Assembly: GCA_050230475.1 (NCBI GenBank)
Contig: JBFLGF010000003.1
Span: 124,001-180,198, forward strand
Direction of reading: 5' to 3'
Source of the DNA: Ancylonema sp.
Taxonomy: Eukaryota
DNA: 56,198 bases
Within the stretch, counting starts at the first letter, position 1; each line of letters begins with the position of its first letter. A program made the position numbers and the translations under genes. Below the pieces are notes generated by a model. That model did no database searches and was not told where the DNA came from. It worked only from the letters and a program-made list of their open reading frames with translations. Below, piece by piece: positions 24,164 to 34,723 of the stretch.

Positions 24164-27100
24164 GCTCTGACAGTGCTGGAATATTTTGTTGCCAATGGGG
24201 CGGAACGATGCATCGATGATCTGAGGGAGCACACGTATCTAATAAGGGTGACATAAACATCCCTTCCCCGATTTGAAGCCTTTATCCCAAAAACAATCCT
24301 CTCACGTCCGAATCATCCTGACATCATCGTACTAATCGTCTGTAACGTGAGCCTCATGTTGGGAGAGTTTGATTGTGGTGAGTTTTCCACGTGGTTTCCC
24401 ACATTGGACGGGATCTTGCGGCAAGTGGTGGTCAAACAATACTCGAACTAGCAGCTGAAACAAATTAGGCGATGCCTCCTGGCACTTGTAATGCTCTCTC
24501 CTCCCCTGCTTCCATCCAAGTGATGGTAGATATTGTCCACGTCTCACTCCTGTTCCCTCTCCCTCTGGGCTCTGAGCTGCAGCGCCACACCACATTTCAA
24601 TACACAGAGCCTGGGGGATCCGACCAAGGGCTGAATGTGAGGAAGAAAGCAGAAGCTCTGCTGGCCCTACTCAAGGACACTGACAAAATACGGGACGTGC
24701 GCGCAAAGGCAGAGGCAACTAGAGAAAAGTAAAAGAGGCTTCTCAGGGGTGGCTGTACCGGCAGGGGGCAGGGGGCAGGGGTGGTCTCGTATGATAGGTC
24801 TGGTCGAACAGGTGGCCGATAGTCCCATGGTACAACACAGTGGAAGTGACAGCTGTCACTGGTGCTGACCGAATGTTTACATCTTGCGGCGCACCGTGCC
24901 TTGGGGTCACAAGGGTCACAAGGGGAGGGTGAGTGATACGAGGGTGGTGGTGTTGGGTTCAGGGTCAGGGAAAGTCGGGGCTCAGGGCGCCGCAGGTATC
25001 GCAATGAAGGGTCCACAGGCCACAGCAATGGGAGCTACGGGTCAGAGGCAGGAAGGCGGGGGAGGGATGGGGATGAGTATGGGGAGGGGGGGGGGGGGAA
25101 GGACCGGTACGGGGAAGCAAAGTACGACCGCTATGGCGATGTGAAGCCGGGAGGGAGGAGGGTGGGCGACGAGTACAAGAGTAGAGAGGAGGGAGATCGG
25201 TTCAGGGATGGGTCGTACCGCACAAAGGCAGAGGAGCGGCTGGCAGATGAGTATGGGGGACCGTATAGGGCGGGTGGAGGGAGCACCCTGACTGCAGTGG
25301 AGAGTGGGGCTGGGAGCACCTCCAGTGGGGTGGACTCCACCTCACACAGGCGGTACGCAGATGAGGGATTCTCTTCCTCGAGCAGGTAACACCTGGGGGC
25401 TGGGGGCTGGGGGCTGGGCTTGGGCTCACTTCAGTACTCCTCAGTGTGGGAGCTGAGCGAGGGGTGGGGGGGGCTGGTGGTTTGTGGGGGCAGAGGAGGC
25501 AGTGGGCATGAGGGTGGGAAGAGCAGCAGTGGCAGTGCCAGCAAGCCTGTGAGGGGGAGGAGGCAGGAGCAGAGGGAGGAGGTAGAGGAGTTCGATCCCA
25601 GAGAGGCTCCTGCTGTAGTGCCAGGTGAGACAGGTGGCGACATACTTGAAGCAGTCCTCGGATCATCCTGTGCAGCATGTGCGGTCGGCTCACACACAGG
25701 TTCTGAGGTTCTGAGGTTCTGAGGTTCTGAGGTTCTGAGGTTCTGAGGTTCTGAGGTTCTGAGGTTCTGAGGTTCTGAGGTTCTGAGGTTCTGAGGTTCT
25801 GAGGTTCTGAGGTTCTGCCCCCGTCTCCTCAGTTCGCCCCCCGGCCCTCCAGCCTGTGGCGCCAAGGCGAGTAGCTGCGATTATGGAAGTCCCTTTCCCC
25901 GCCCCCCATCCCGCACCTCCAGCTGTCTCCGCCTCCTCACTGTCCCAGGTACACCTGCAGCCCTCCCATGACGCCCAGGGCTGCCAGCTGTCACTTTATC
26001 TTGCCCCCCCATTCTCACGCCTCCTCCTTGTTCCCTCCTTACTCGCTCTTCCCCGATTTCAGCCCCAGCCCAGCCGCACCGCAGCCCCAGCTTCAACCCC
26101 GGCCCCAGCTTCAACCCCAGCCCCAGCTTCAGCCCCAGCCCCCTCTGCTTCTCACCCCCCTCCATTTCTGTACACCCAGGCTGGTCCCACTGCCGCTTTC
26201 CCTTATTCCTATGCCGCCCCCACTCTGGCTGCAGCGCCTGCGGTGACCTTCTCCTCCTCCTTCACCCCCTTCCAGCCCCTGGCAGTAGCCACCACTCCCT
26301 TCTACCCTTTCCCATCTGCTGACCCGACTTTCACAGCTTTCCCCTCCCCCTCCTCATTCGGAGAGATGTCTGTCTTCAAATCCGCCCCCACCCCACATTG
26401 GACTTCCTTCCAGCCTCCAGCTGCTGCTGCTGCTGCTGCACCACCCCCAGCCCCAGCCCCAGCCCCTGCGCCTGTCCCTCCCCCTCCTCCCCTTCCACCT
26501 GCTCTTCTTCCTGAGCCTGCTGCGCTGCACCTGCTTCCACCAGCAGAGGAGCCAAAGGAGGTGCCCCCCCTCCTTCTGAGCGAGCCTCCTAGCATAGCTC
26601 CCACGCAACCTTCTGAGCGAGCCTCCGTGGGAGGGAGCAGCAAGAGTGAGAGTGTGGGATCCAACTCCGGAGTGTGGGCAGACGCCCTCAGCTTGGGGCT
26701 CGTGGACCTCAACATTGAGAAACGTGAGCACCCATACCCCCCCCCCTGTGCCTTGTGCGGGTCCTCATGGTTGTCTAATTTTGGTCCAGCCATGGACAAC
26801 CCCCTGATGAGCCTGGGCATCGACATGCCCACCCACCTGAAGAAGGCCCAGGGGGCGGATCTCGGGCGCAGCAAGGAGGCTAAGGAGCCAGTGGCCATGG
26901 GGAGAGCCATGGGGGCTGGGACAGGCATGGGGAGGGTGGGAGCACAAGGCATGGCTCCTCCATCTCAGCCAGGAATGGGATATGGGATGGGGCCGCCACA
27001 AGCGTATGGGCAGCACCCAATGGCAGGGATGGGAATGGGAATGGGAATGGGAGTGGGAATGGGAACGGGGATGGGGATGGGGATGGGGATGGGTGGTGGT

Positions 27101-27184
27101 GCGGGTATGGGATACCCGGGTGCACCGCCCCCTCACGCAGCACCAATGGGGTACAACAATTATCAGTATGGAGAGTATAGATGA
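24164..27184 (+). pseudogene. EPSIN2: EPSIN2-like copy B, exons 5-11; 5'-truncated in this arrangement (exons 1-4 absent)
   Basis: Exons 24164-24247, 24583-24728, 24996-25385, 25494-25624, 25833-25948, 26063-26723, 26790-27184 are in frame; 23946-24526 matches 12770-13350 (one mismatch seen); no start exon directly upstream. Confidence 0.75.
25699..25817 (+). repeat. Octamer microsatellite (ggttctga)~15 in epsin-B intron 8
   Basis: Direct reading; absent from the same intron of copy A (~21898). Confidence 0.95.
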
Positions 27185-27859
27185 TCTTCCAATCGGGTCA
27201 ACGGCTTTGAGAAATTCGTCCGTTCTTATGATGAATCAAAGGTTGTTTTATCATCAAAAACAGGTTTGAGGTATACTGTGTCTCTAATTTGGCACGTTTT
27301 GTGATTCCGCGCTTCCTAATTTATGATTTCGACATTTTTTGATTCCACTGTTACGTAACAGTAAGTCAATTGTGTGGTCCAGAATTTTGGTGGGTTTTTT
27401 GTATGCAAGGCGCTTATGTGTGCATGCACGCTGACGTGTGAGTGTTTCAGTATGTGTGTATGCGTGTGTTGGATGTGCGAGAATTGAGGGTGAGGAGATG
27501 TTTGCGCATGCGGTTTGTTGGCCTCTTAAATGCACGAGCAAGATTCTGGCAAAGATTATGTTGAATAGAAACACGTGTTGTCATGGTCGCATTCCTTCAT
27601 TCAAATCACAAGTGTTGCATCTTAGGCACAAGAGTTGGATGTCGAACTTGAGTTCAACTCAAACGTTTGGTACCAGCCTTGCATTACTTACTATTGCTCA
27701 AATAACCATTTGGAGAGCATCTGCATCTGTGTCAATAGTGTAATTCGCAAAGACAACAAACAAAATGGGATGTATTTATGTAGTGCCCACCCCAAACAAG
27801 GCCTTTTTTTGCGCTACCATGTGGGGCATTTCGGTTGCATCAATATCAAGTTAATGCAC

Positions 27860-29270
27860 TATCGGACGATAGACTATCATGGGCGCGATGGTGATTTTAC
27901 GGGGGCACGGGTAAATGTGCTTATATGGTGAATTGGTGCGGGCGCGGGTATTTGCGTCTAAACAATAAATTGGCACATGCACGGATATTTGCGGTGATAT
28001 GATAATTTGGCATGTGTGCGGGTGCAAGCATTTATCACGCAAGTTTCAATTCGCGAGAGAAAGCATTATTATTATATTGATGAAAAACGTCATGATTGCT
28101 CCGCCACTTGCGGCACCATTCATGGGGGAAGTTGCCAGCTCCCTGTTGGCGATCAGCTCTAGGTTCACATACATCATTGATATAATTGACAACAACACCG
28201 CGTTAGGAGCAGTATTGTCAAGACAAGCAGATAGTATTTGTATGAAGTTACGATGAGGCTCACGGTGTTGCATTGTTGAAATTTATGCACTCTGCGCTAT
28301 AGATAGCTTAAGCCAGCACTGTAGCGATACGGAAGGAGACGCTCGGTGTCAACCGTGCCAATGCACGGCATGCATCTTGCTATATGAGTGATCCAGGTGC
28401 CGTTAGTAAGAGAATACTTGGCTAGGAATGGACTAGCAAGTATGTCGGTCGGCTAGCCAGCTAAGCGGCGCCGCAAAACAACTAGGCAACGTAGGCAACT
28501 AGGCAACAAAGAAAGTAGACAACTTGTACTCTTTGTACTTAGACCTCATTCGGTCCGTGTACACCTCAGGAGCCGTTGTCAATTTTACATTGGTGTCAGA
28601 CAATATACGATCGGGTGTCTATATGGTGACTTATGGGGTAAATGGGTGAATGTGCCTATGCAATGAAATGGTGCGGACGTGACTATTTGTGTCTGGTATT
28701 CATGATTGGCATGTGCATGAGTATCTGCAAGAGCATATTCATTTGGCACGTGTCCGAACGGACGTGTTTGGCAAATCAAGTTTCGTGAGACAAACGAAGG
28801 CATTATTCATTGGTGAACTTCTCGATTGCGCCGCCGTGGACGACAACATTCTTGGCTGATCTCTGACAGTAGTACGCTAGCAACTATAGGCTCATATCCG
28901 TCTCCGATACAATGGAAGGAACACGGCAACCCAGGCGAGAGACAGTGTTGTTGCTAGCAAGATGTGTCTAGGGTAGATCACGACACGACTCAGGAGACTG
29001 CATTGTTGCATCGTTAAGTCTGAGGCATTCTGCGCCATAGAACACCTAAGTCAGCCATGCAACAAGACGGCAGGACGACAAGAAGTGCTGCGTGGCAGCC
29101 ATGCATAGGAGCATGCAGATCTGAGTGCTGTCAGAGAATACTTGGCTAGGAAGCAAGTAGCAAGTGTCCTTGACGGCAGGCTAGATTGCGGGCGCCGCAA
29201 TACGATCGTAGGCAGGCAGAAAGCACGAAATAACAACTGTAAGATTTGCGTTTCAGATCTCATTCGAGAC
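27860..29270 (+). repeat. Old diverged tandem duplication, period ~735 bp (approx. 27860-28555 and 28595-29270)
   Basis: Collinear matching blocks: atggtgattttacgggggcacgggtaaatgtgcttat vs atggtgacttatggggtaaatgggtgaatgtgcctat; agaatacttggctaggaa in both; ggcgccgcaa; agacctcattcg vs agatctcattcg. Confidence 0.7.
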
Positions 29271-30247
29271 GACAATGAGACTTGGCTTAAACCTCAATCC
29301 TATCTTCCGTTATACCTGAACACAATCACTTGTGTGCATCTCCTTCCAGTCACCTAGTCTTTTTTCACACACATGTCAAGTCTCACTTCCGTCACCAGTC
29401 TTCTTCAATCCGCCCTATCTAATTTCACACGTGTCCAGTCCGGCCAATCTCCAACCCGGAGTGACCAGTCTGTGTGTAGCCAGTCTCTCGTCTTCGGCTG
29501 GAGACTGGGGGCCGTGCTGTGGGACGGTACTCGAGTAGGAAGGAAGATCCTCCACCCCACTCCCCCCAACCCCCGTCCCCCAGCCTCCTTCCCATTCCTG
29601 ATTTGATCTGGGGACTGTGATAAAAATCTGGAATAATATGTACGAGGGAAGGTGGCCTCATTTTGGGCGGGGATCCATCTCGAATCGATGCATCAATGAG
29701 GAACCCGAGTCATCGGCCCGCTGAACTGGCATTCGTGTGGATTTGCTTTCTTTCCGGGCGCGGCCAGATTCCCAGAAAATACGAGAGCGCGTGGAGGATT
29801 CGCTGCACGGAATTGGTCGGCCGACTCGACTGAGTGTGGCCGTCGGATAAACTGTCTACATGTCGGAATCCGTCGCACGCCATTCCACGTGAAGGGTGTC
29901 ACTGTCGATATGAGGATATTTTCCACGTCAGTAAGACCTGGACCTGGACCTGGACCTGGACGGGGGCTGAGGAGGACGCAGCCAAGGTCCATGGTCGGAG
30001 CCAATCTGAATTGGCGACGTGGACGTCGTTCGATGTCGGTGGGTGCTAGGTAGCATGGGTCAGCAGGAAATGAATCGTAGGATGTCCAGCCTGGCTGCAT
30101 TCGGGGAGTAAAAGCACTGCATACATTAGTTCTCCAATTCCAAACCTGCGCACTCCAAAAGTAGACTCGCATTCTTCCATCGCTCACGGTCCCTTTTAAA
30201 AACAACTCACTGCACAATCTTAGACGCTGCAAGGAAGGACGTTAAAG

Positions 30248-31465
30248 ATGTCGCCAACCAGACTTCACCGCTTCAAAAAGAAGCCACGTCTAGCAAAGCA
30301 CTCCATGGCGGTCCTGTACGTGGAATTAAATGGCTGCATTCACACATGCCTCCCATTCTTTGTGGATTCGCTTGGAGGTTGCCACATCTCCCTGGATGAC
30401 GACCAAGCAAGTGGCGCACTGGGCGTTTCGAGCAGTCCTCCCCACAGGCCCCCTCCAAATTCTCCAACCGAGCCCAGTGACGAGGACATGTACATTGACA
30501 GACAGCTCGCGGAAATGCGCGAGTTGGAGGGCCACAAAATTGCCATGAACTGCCATGCCATTTTTGAGGAAATTATCATCCGCGCGAGGGAGAGCTCATT
30601 TTTGCACTCGAAGATGCCGGAGGAGGAGGAGCACAGGAGAATGATGCTGCCCGTCCTGCATCAAGTCGTGACCGCAGTGGCTGCGCGAGAGAGTCGTATG
30701 GCGGAGAAGAGGATTGCGAGGAACGAGTTGAATGAGTGCGTCCTGAAGGATACGGCGAAGCCCACCAAGGAGGAGAAGCGGGCCAAGAAGAATGGAAAGT
30801 CAGCTGCGAATGGAAAGACTGTCTGCACGCCCACAGAACGAGGTGACGCACTCGACACCCGAATGCGCCCGAACGCGCCCGAATCTGTTCTTGATGTGGA
30901 TGTGGATGTGGAGATAGTGAATAAATATGTCACAAGGAGAAATGTTTGAACATTCCTTGATAGACATTTTTTTGCTTACGATTGTCGTCATTAATGTTTC
31001 ATCCATGTTCCTTTTATACATCTAACGAACGGGAGTAGTGACTTCGTGAACCTACTGTTTTCAGAGAATCTGATTCGGGAGCTCTTCGGTGATGGACACG
31101 AGGCTCCTTCGTCTAAGATGGGTCAGGTGGGTGACCAGACGCTCAAGCAATTGGGGTCAATGTCCACTCTACTCGTTTGAGGCTCCGCAAGTTGTATCCA
31201 AAAAGGCACTTTTTCTACCCGACTCGCAAAAAATATACTCGCCTTCAGCACACCCTCCAACGTTTCTTTTTTTTTTGGCTTCTGCTGCCGGCTGGAATCT
31301 GCCGGCTGGAATTCTGGTCTCAGATATCGTTTTTCCGTCGTTCGCCGTGAATTTCAGGCAAATAGAAGCCCCAGCCCCATTCCCTGCGCATTCTCTCCTC
31401 GGGAAACTACTCGGCGGCCCAAACTTCGCCATTTCCAGTTGCAGCAGCCCAAGGTTGTTTACTAA
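30248..31465 (+). CDS. Hypothetical protein (orphan; possibly 3 exons)
   Basis: 233-aa ORF 30248-30949 with coding-like composition and a charged helical middle; phase-compatible splice model 30248-30842, 31065-31126, 31358-31465. No family recognised. Confidence 0.45.
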
Positions 31466-32227
31466 AGTCTCACTGGCATTGCCTCCCGACTCTCATGCTT
31501 GCATTGAAATTCTGTACCGATCCCGGCAGCCAATGGCTGCCAATGAGTGAAAGATAGGGCAGGGACTTGCAGCATTTCAATGTGGAATGTGGATTTCGGT
31601 CAAGAATCAGGCCACTTTATGCGAAAGGTCAGGCTTGTGGGAAATGTAGTGTATGTGTTAGTGCGTGTGTTTTTGTGAATAAACTGAATATGGCCTTAGT
31701 CCGGCAGACCATACTGTCAAGGCTACATAGGAGACATTATATATCTTGTTCTGAGGAGATCCAAAGATTTGTAATTTTTTGTTTTATAGAAAGTGTGTTG
31801 CTGCTTCTGCGAGCATGAGAAATATAAATGGCACTGTAAATTCCTCCCCAAATCATATTGCCGAGTCAAGTTTTATATCCGAGTTTCCTACATGAAGCGG
31901 CCCTCCATGTTAGAAACCGATTCCAGCATTACAACTCGCATAAATTCAGCATTGGCAGTTTGTGAAGGTCTTGGAATCTACACTCACTCAGCCGAAGCTG
32001 ATGGAAAACTTCACAGTTTGAACATCAGGGAAGCAGGGTACAAGTGCAGCTATCCAAGGCCAACTTAGCGACCGTACGTGGACAGAACTTTCGATATCTA
32101 CACCTACCAACATTTTGAACCTGTCCAAAACCTATTCAGCCTCTTAACCCACTCAGCCTATAATGTACAAATGGACGCTGCCTTACTGAAGGAATCGATA
32201 GCTGTGTTGGGCCACAGCTATCGACTG

Positions 32228-34475
32228 CTATGCTTTCAGGCGGCCTGCTTCTAAGCTGGCAGCAACGTCACCCCCTTCCTTCAAATTGTGCAAGGTATTA
32301 TACAAATTCAAAAACTGGTCCAAAGCAATCTCCTCAGGTCGGCTCTGCGACACATGCAACACGAAGTCCTTTCTCAGGCAAAGGGGAACCACTCTATCGT
32401 ACTCTTCCTCACCGACATAGTCTCATGAACATCACACAGTGGCACACCTGGCCAGATATGACGAGATACAATAAACTCAAAATTTATTGAAATCGTATGG
32501 CAGCCACTCTCCCAACTGAGTCAGTCATCATTTCTTCTTCTCACCTCACCGTTGATGGCAATCCAAGGATGTAGAGGGCAGCCATGACTTCCTGGGGAGA
32601 GAAGAGGTGCTGCAGGGAGTTTCTGAGCATCTTCCTTTTGCCTGCAAACGCTGCGTTGACCATCGAAAAGAACCCTTTGTGCGACGCCACAGGGGGGTAC
32701 TCGTGGGGTTGCTTCAGGGCAAAGGAGACAACTGCAGCGTCCACCTGAACCTCCACACATGCGACCCTTATGAGATCTCTTCGCAATCTATGCCTCCCAT
32801 CATCCCTTATGGCGCCGCCATGCTTACTTTAGGGGGTGGCAAAAAACTACTCCTGCCGACGTAGAACTCGTATTTCGCCTCTGCATCACCCCCCACCCCA
32901 CCCACAAGATGCACATGAGCAAACAGACAGTTGTGGATGCCACAGCTGCCCCCCCTGCCTCCGCCTTACCTGCGTAGTACTGGACAAACAAACTGATCCG
33001 ACGGTAATCGGCGGACGCTGGAGAGAGATCGACCAATCGGAGAGCAGCTTCATCCTGAGCACCACCAGGAGAAAGGAACAGAGGAGAGGCGACACAGTGA
33101 AGTCCCTGGTTCGAAAATACATTCACCATCACGTGCCACCGACTACCATGGTTAGGCCAAATAAGTGCATGTCCTCATCGGGTATGTTCCACTTCAAGTA
33201 CGACACACCGATTTTGGTTCATCTATAACAACACCTCTGCATAACTCCCTTCTGTTCGTTATAACGAGGCGGGCAGGTGTACCTGCAGCATGAGGACCAC
33301 GGTGGAGATGAGGTCCCCCACCGGCAGCACCTTGCGGATGACGTCGGTGGTGATGTTGAAGGGGAGGTTGGAAACTACCTGAGGAACCGCTTCGCAGCCA
33401 CACGTACGTCAGCAACCTATGAGGCACAGGTGGCAGGGCAGCATTGGTCACCTTGGCTCTTCTGAAGCCAGTGTTGTCTGCCCCGCCCAGAGCCTGGCGC
33501 AGTGGGGGGAAGAGGTTCCATTTTAGGAAGTCGTCGTTCACAATTTGCACTCGGGGATCGGAGGCAAACCTCTCGGCCACCAGAGCAGCCATCTCCGGAT
33601 CCTGCGAACCAGAAAAACAGAGTGATAAAAAACGGATTCCGGAATGAGTGAGAGCCGCGTGAGGAACGCACCTTTTCCACCGCCAGCACCGTAGCTCCCC
33701 TATCCAACAGAGCCTGTGTGAGCGCCCCGGTGCCAGGGCCCACTTCCAGCACAACATCTCCCGCCTTTATCCGAGCAGCAGCGACTGTGCGCTGGCAGAC
33801 ACTGTCGTTCACCATGTAGTGCTGGGAAGGGGGAAGGGGGAGAGGGGAGAAGTGTTAGACAGAGATCGTCATTGCTTCTGTATGGAGCGCTTGCAGGGAT
33901 GCATGCGAGGATGAGGTCCTTGATGTACGAGAAGGGGCAGTGATTAGGAAGGGCGTTCCTGCGGCTGACTTCTTCTGCCGATACATGCGCGCAGCACTGA
34001 GGTTGCATTCACAACTCGTCCTCCACATCAGATCATAGAACTCGAGAAGAGATCGGTGCAAATCAAACAAACTTCAACATTCTCATGCTGCGTGACTGAA
34101 AGGCCACCTGAGATATTCGTGGTGATAGCTGATTCACTGTTCATAAACGACAACCTTTAAGTTTTCTTGGAGGGAATATGTCCACACCTGACCCAGCCAC
34201 TTTTTGGGAGCGTGATTTTTGCTGTGCAAAGCTCTCAGGGTCTTTCCCACGCTGTCATTCTGTGAAGGTCGGCCCTCTGTGTCGCTCTTCAGAGCGACAG
34301 TGCAACCACGATGATGGTTCGAGTTTCTACCAGCAGTGCATACTCTCGGTGCTATTCGAAGGAAATGCGTCGACAGAGATCCGGCCTCTACAGTTCCCTT
34401 CCTGCTCCAGTCACAGTCACGGATAATGTCCAAGGCACCTGATCTAAGACCACAAGCAGCTGAGGCAGACGTCAT
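32228..34475 (-). CDS. PFC1: Plastid 16S rRNA adenine dimethyltransferase (KsgA/RsmA/Dim1 family, PALEFACE1-like); 8 exons, 377 aa
   Basis: Exons 34475-34188, 33821-33672, 33601-33452, 33378-33283, 33054-32970, 32880-32828, 32744-32550, 32344-32228 (1134 nt). PKKWLGQHYM, VLEVGPGTGALT, VLAVEKD, VVSNLPFNITT, LQDEAA, FLPPPKVDAAVV, KRKMLRNSL, RPEEI; transit-peptide-like N-terminus. Confidence 0.93.
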
Positions 34476-34723
34476 TCGATTCTATCGTTACAACACGGTG
34501 ATCACATTCCCCCGAAGAAGGTGGGACTCAGAAAATTGCAATGTCACAGCTCTGCGTGCGTGCGTTTTGTCACTACAGGCGCGTTACGAACGAAATGTCG
34601 TCCAGCCATTCAAAATTCACTTTGAAACTGCGGGCGCAACTAAACAACGCTACCGCCCCGAACTTCCACGGCAGTCTCGCCTATCTTTTACTTTGTGACT
34701 GTTTTGAGCGTCGTGACATAAAG
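34476..34723. promoter_or_regulatory. Putative bidirectional promoter (248 bp between divergent ATGs)
   Basis: PFC1 ATG at 34475 (-) and predicted orphan ATG at 34724 (+); inferred from geometry only. Confidence 0.4.

Noticed and set aside
25856..27184. 442-aa ORF as a stand-alone proline-rich gene
   Set aside because: It is epsin-B exons 9-11 read through two in-frame introns.
29693..30232. 179-aa minus-strand ORF
   Set aside because: TTG start, includes a hexamer repeat, and no recognisable domain.
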